A stretch of 46,124 nt of DNA from a virus (taxonomy: Duplodnaviria; Caudoviricetes): the IMG/VR virus record IMGVR_UViG_3300048577_000585, positions 1-46,124 of that record; one strand, 5' to 3'. The notes beneath the pieces are model-generated. The model was not told where the DNA came from and ran no database searches. It saw nothing but the letters and a program-made list of their open reading frames with translations. Below, piece after piece: positions 44,993-46,124 of the stretch. Each line of letters starts with the position of its first letter. Within the stretch, counting starts at the first letter, position 1. Position numbers and translations under genes: made by a program.

Positions 44993-45529
44993 CTACTTAA
45001 TCAAGATAGATAAGGCGACGGCAATAATACTGACGACAAGCGAAATAAATGCAATAAAGTTCGCTCGTTTTGCTAATCGTATAGCTGGTTCATCTTTTGT
45101 TATACCAGTTAGGTTTTGTTTGCGATCAATAAAACTGATGATACGTGCAACCATCGAATCTCTAAGGGTGTTTATACCAATTTCTACTGAGGGCGACGCG
45201 TTATTAAACTCGCGTGACATTGCGTTACATATATCTTGAAGATGCTCAGTATATAGTTCTTTTACAGTCGTGTATTCATCGCGGGATAATTTGTTATTTG
45301 TCCGGCTTACCTCATCAAAGAATTCACTGAGGCTCTCCGTGTAGTTGGTTTTGACTAAACTGGTATACGTTAATAACAAAACCTGCACCCTTACGCCACT
45401 GTTCAGTCCGTTGCTTGCCCACTGAACATTGTAATTCATCTTCTCTTTACTGTATTGAGAGCTTATTTCATTATTTAACGAGTCAAGGTCTTTACTTAGC
45501 ATTTCAGGATAGGTGATGTTATTCTTCAT
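44993..45529 (-). CDS. AT-rich moron with a C-terminal TM helix, unknown function
   Basis: AAGGAGG RBS; terminal FIAFISLVVSIIAVALSILIK. Confidence 0.75.
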   Translation of the reverse strand: MKNNITYPEMLSKDLDSLNNEISSQYSKEKMNYNVQWASNGLNSGVRVQVLLLTYTSLVKTNYTESLSEFFDEVSRTNNKLSRDEYTTVKELYTEHLQDICNAMSREFNNASPSVEIGINTLRDSMVARIISFIDRKQNLTGITKDEPAIRLAKRANFIAFISLVVSIIAVALSILIK

Positions 45530-45564
45530 GTCAAAGCCTCCTTCAACGGTTCCATATTTGCTTT

Positions 45565-45804
45565 TTATTGTTCGGGGCTGCCGTATCTGTCCGGCACAAT
45601 CGGATCATACGACGCCGGTTCTATGTGCGCCTGGGCCAGCTTCTCCGGCCAGACGAAAAATCCCAGGCTGTCCGTGACGCCGAATTTATCTTCAGGGTTT
45701 TTCTTCTCCATCATGATGCTGGCTGCAATCAAGGAGTCTTTGTCTTGGTCGTCTATAATGGTAATGCGGATTCCGGTGGGTTTTATTTTTACGAGCTTGT
45801 ACAT
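45565..45804 (-). CDS. Hypothetical protein
   Basis: AAGGAGAGTGA RBS then ATG 45804. Confidence 0.65.
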   Translation of the reverse strand: MYKLVKIKPTGIRITIIDDQDKDSLIAASIMMEKKNPEDKFGVTDSLGFFVWPEKLAQAHIEPASYDPIVPDRYGSPEQ

Positions 45805-45899
45805 TTGAATCACTCTCCTTGGCGCTTATGATAGCAGGGCAGGAGGGCGATAGGCAGGACAGCGAAAATGGAAATAAAAGTAATTACTTTTGTCATTAC

Positions 45900-46124
45900 T
45901 TATCCTAATTGGCAGATTACCGTTGCCCCATCGGTGGTTATGTTATATACAAAGCCTGTTTCTTGACTTAGCACGATTGCACCCATTTCTCGGTTGTCAG
46001 GTGATTGGTCGAGCGTTACATATCTGTGCTCCGATGTGGCGCTGAACGTGCGGTAGTAAAGCGGTACAGCAAAGATCGCAGCACACACAATGACGGTTAC
46101 GCAAATGGCAATCAACTTTTTCAC
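45900..46124 (-). CDS. Small secreted or membrane-anchored protein (start at the window edge)
   Basis: MKKLIAICVTVIVCAAIFAV signal/TM segment. Confidence 0.6.
   Translation of the reverse strand: MKKLIAICVTVIVCAAIFAVPLYYRTFSATSEHRYVTLDQSPDNREMGAIVLSQETGFVYNITTDGATVICQLG

Larger units (their letters stand above)
1134..46124. mobile_element. Temperate podovirus-like prophage integrated at tRNA-Gly; right end lies beyond the window
   Basis: att core, integrase, CI/Cro, replication, terminase, portal, capsid and lysis genes in canonical order; no tape-measure, tail-tube or sheath gene recognised. Confidence 0.93.

Overview
Positions 1134-46124 are most of a temperate, podovirus-type prophage from a Firmicutes (probably Clostridia) host. 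It is integrated at a tRNA-Gly(CCC): the displaced 49-bp tRNA 3' end lies at 1134-1182 and the other att end is outside the window. Module order is integrase / CI-Cro switch / recombination and replication (AAA ATPase, PD-(D/E)XK nuclease, CHC2 zinc finger, PAPS-reductase-like protein, DUF927 helicase, iteron ori, SF2 helicase, VRR-NUC, Lar, Tad2-like) / a self-regulated HTH cassette / TerS, TerL, portal, Prp protease, scaffold, N4-gp56-type capsid / M14 peptidase plus a convergent ATP-grasp moron / short-tail and ejection proteins / a 3521-aa polyvalent protein (N6A-MTase, strawberry-notch helicase, PBECR-like RNase, HExxH peptidase, LPD38-like) / holins and amidase / leftward morons. The most interesting observations are: (i) a structural-module M14 carboxypeptidase paired tail-to-tail with a sugar-transfer ATP-grasp ligase, a possible receptor eraser/writer cassette; (ii) two hidden genes inside the giant ORF, an overprinted 135-aa +1-frame gene and an antisense sRNA with its own promoter and terminator right after the RNase domain; (iii) a phage Prp protease with three head-module proteins sharing a non-canonical L[KR][LI]FP..L..H motif, the capsid also carrying a signal-peptide-like leader; (iv) a three-copy late-promoter motif, one copy containing the immunity operator; (v) a 19-bp tandem duplication that fuses two genes. 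All family assignments come from motifs recognised by eye, not from database searches.
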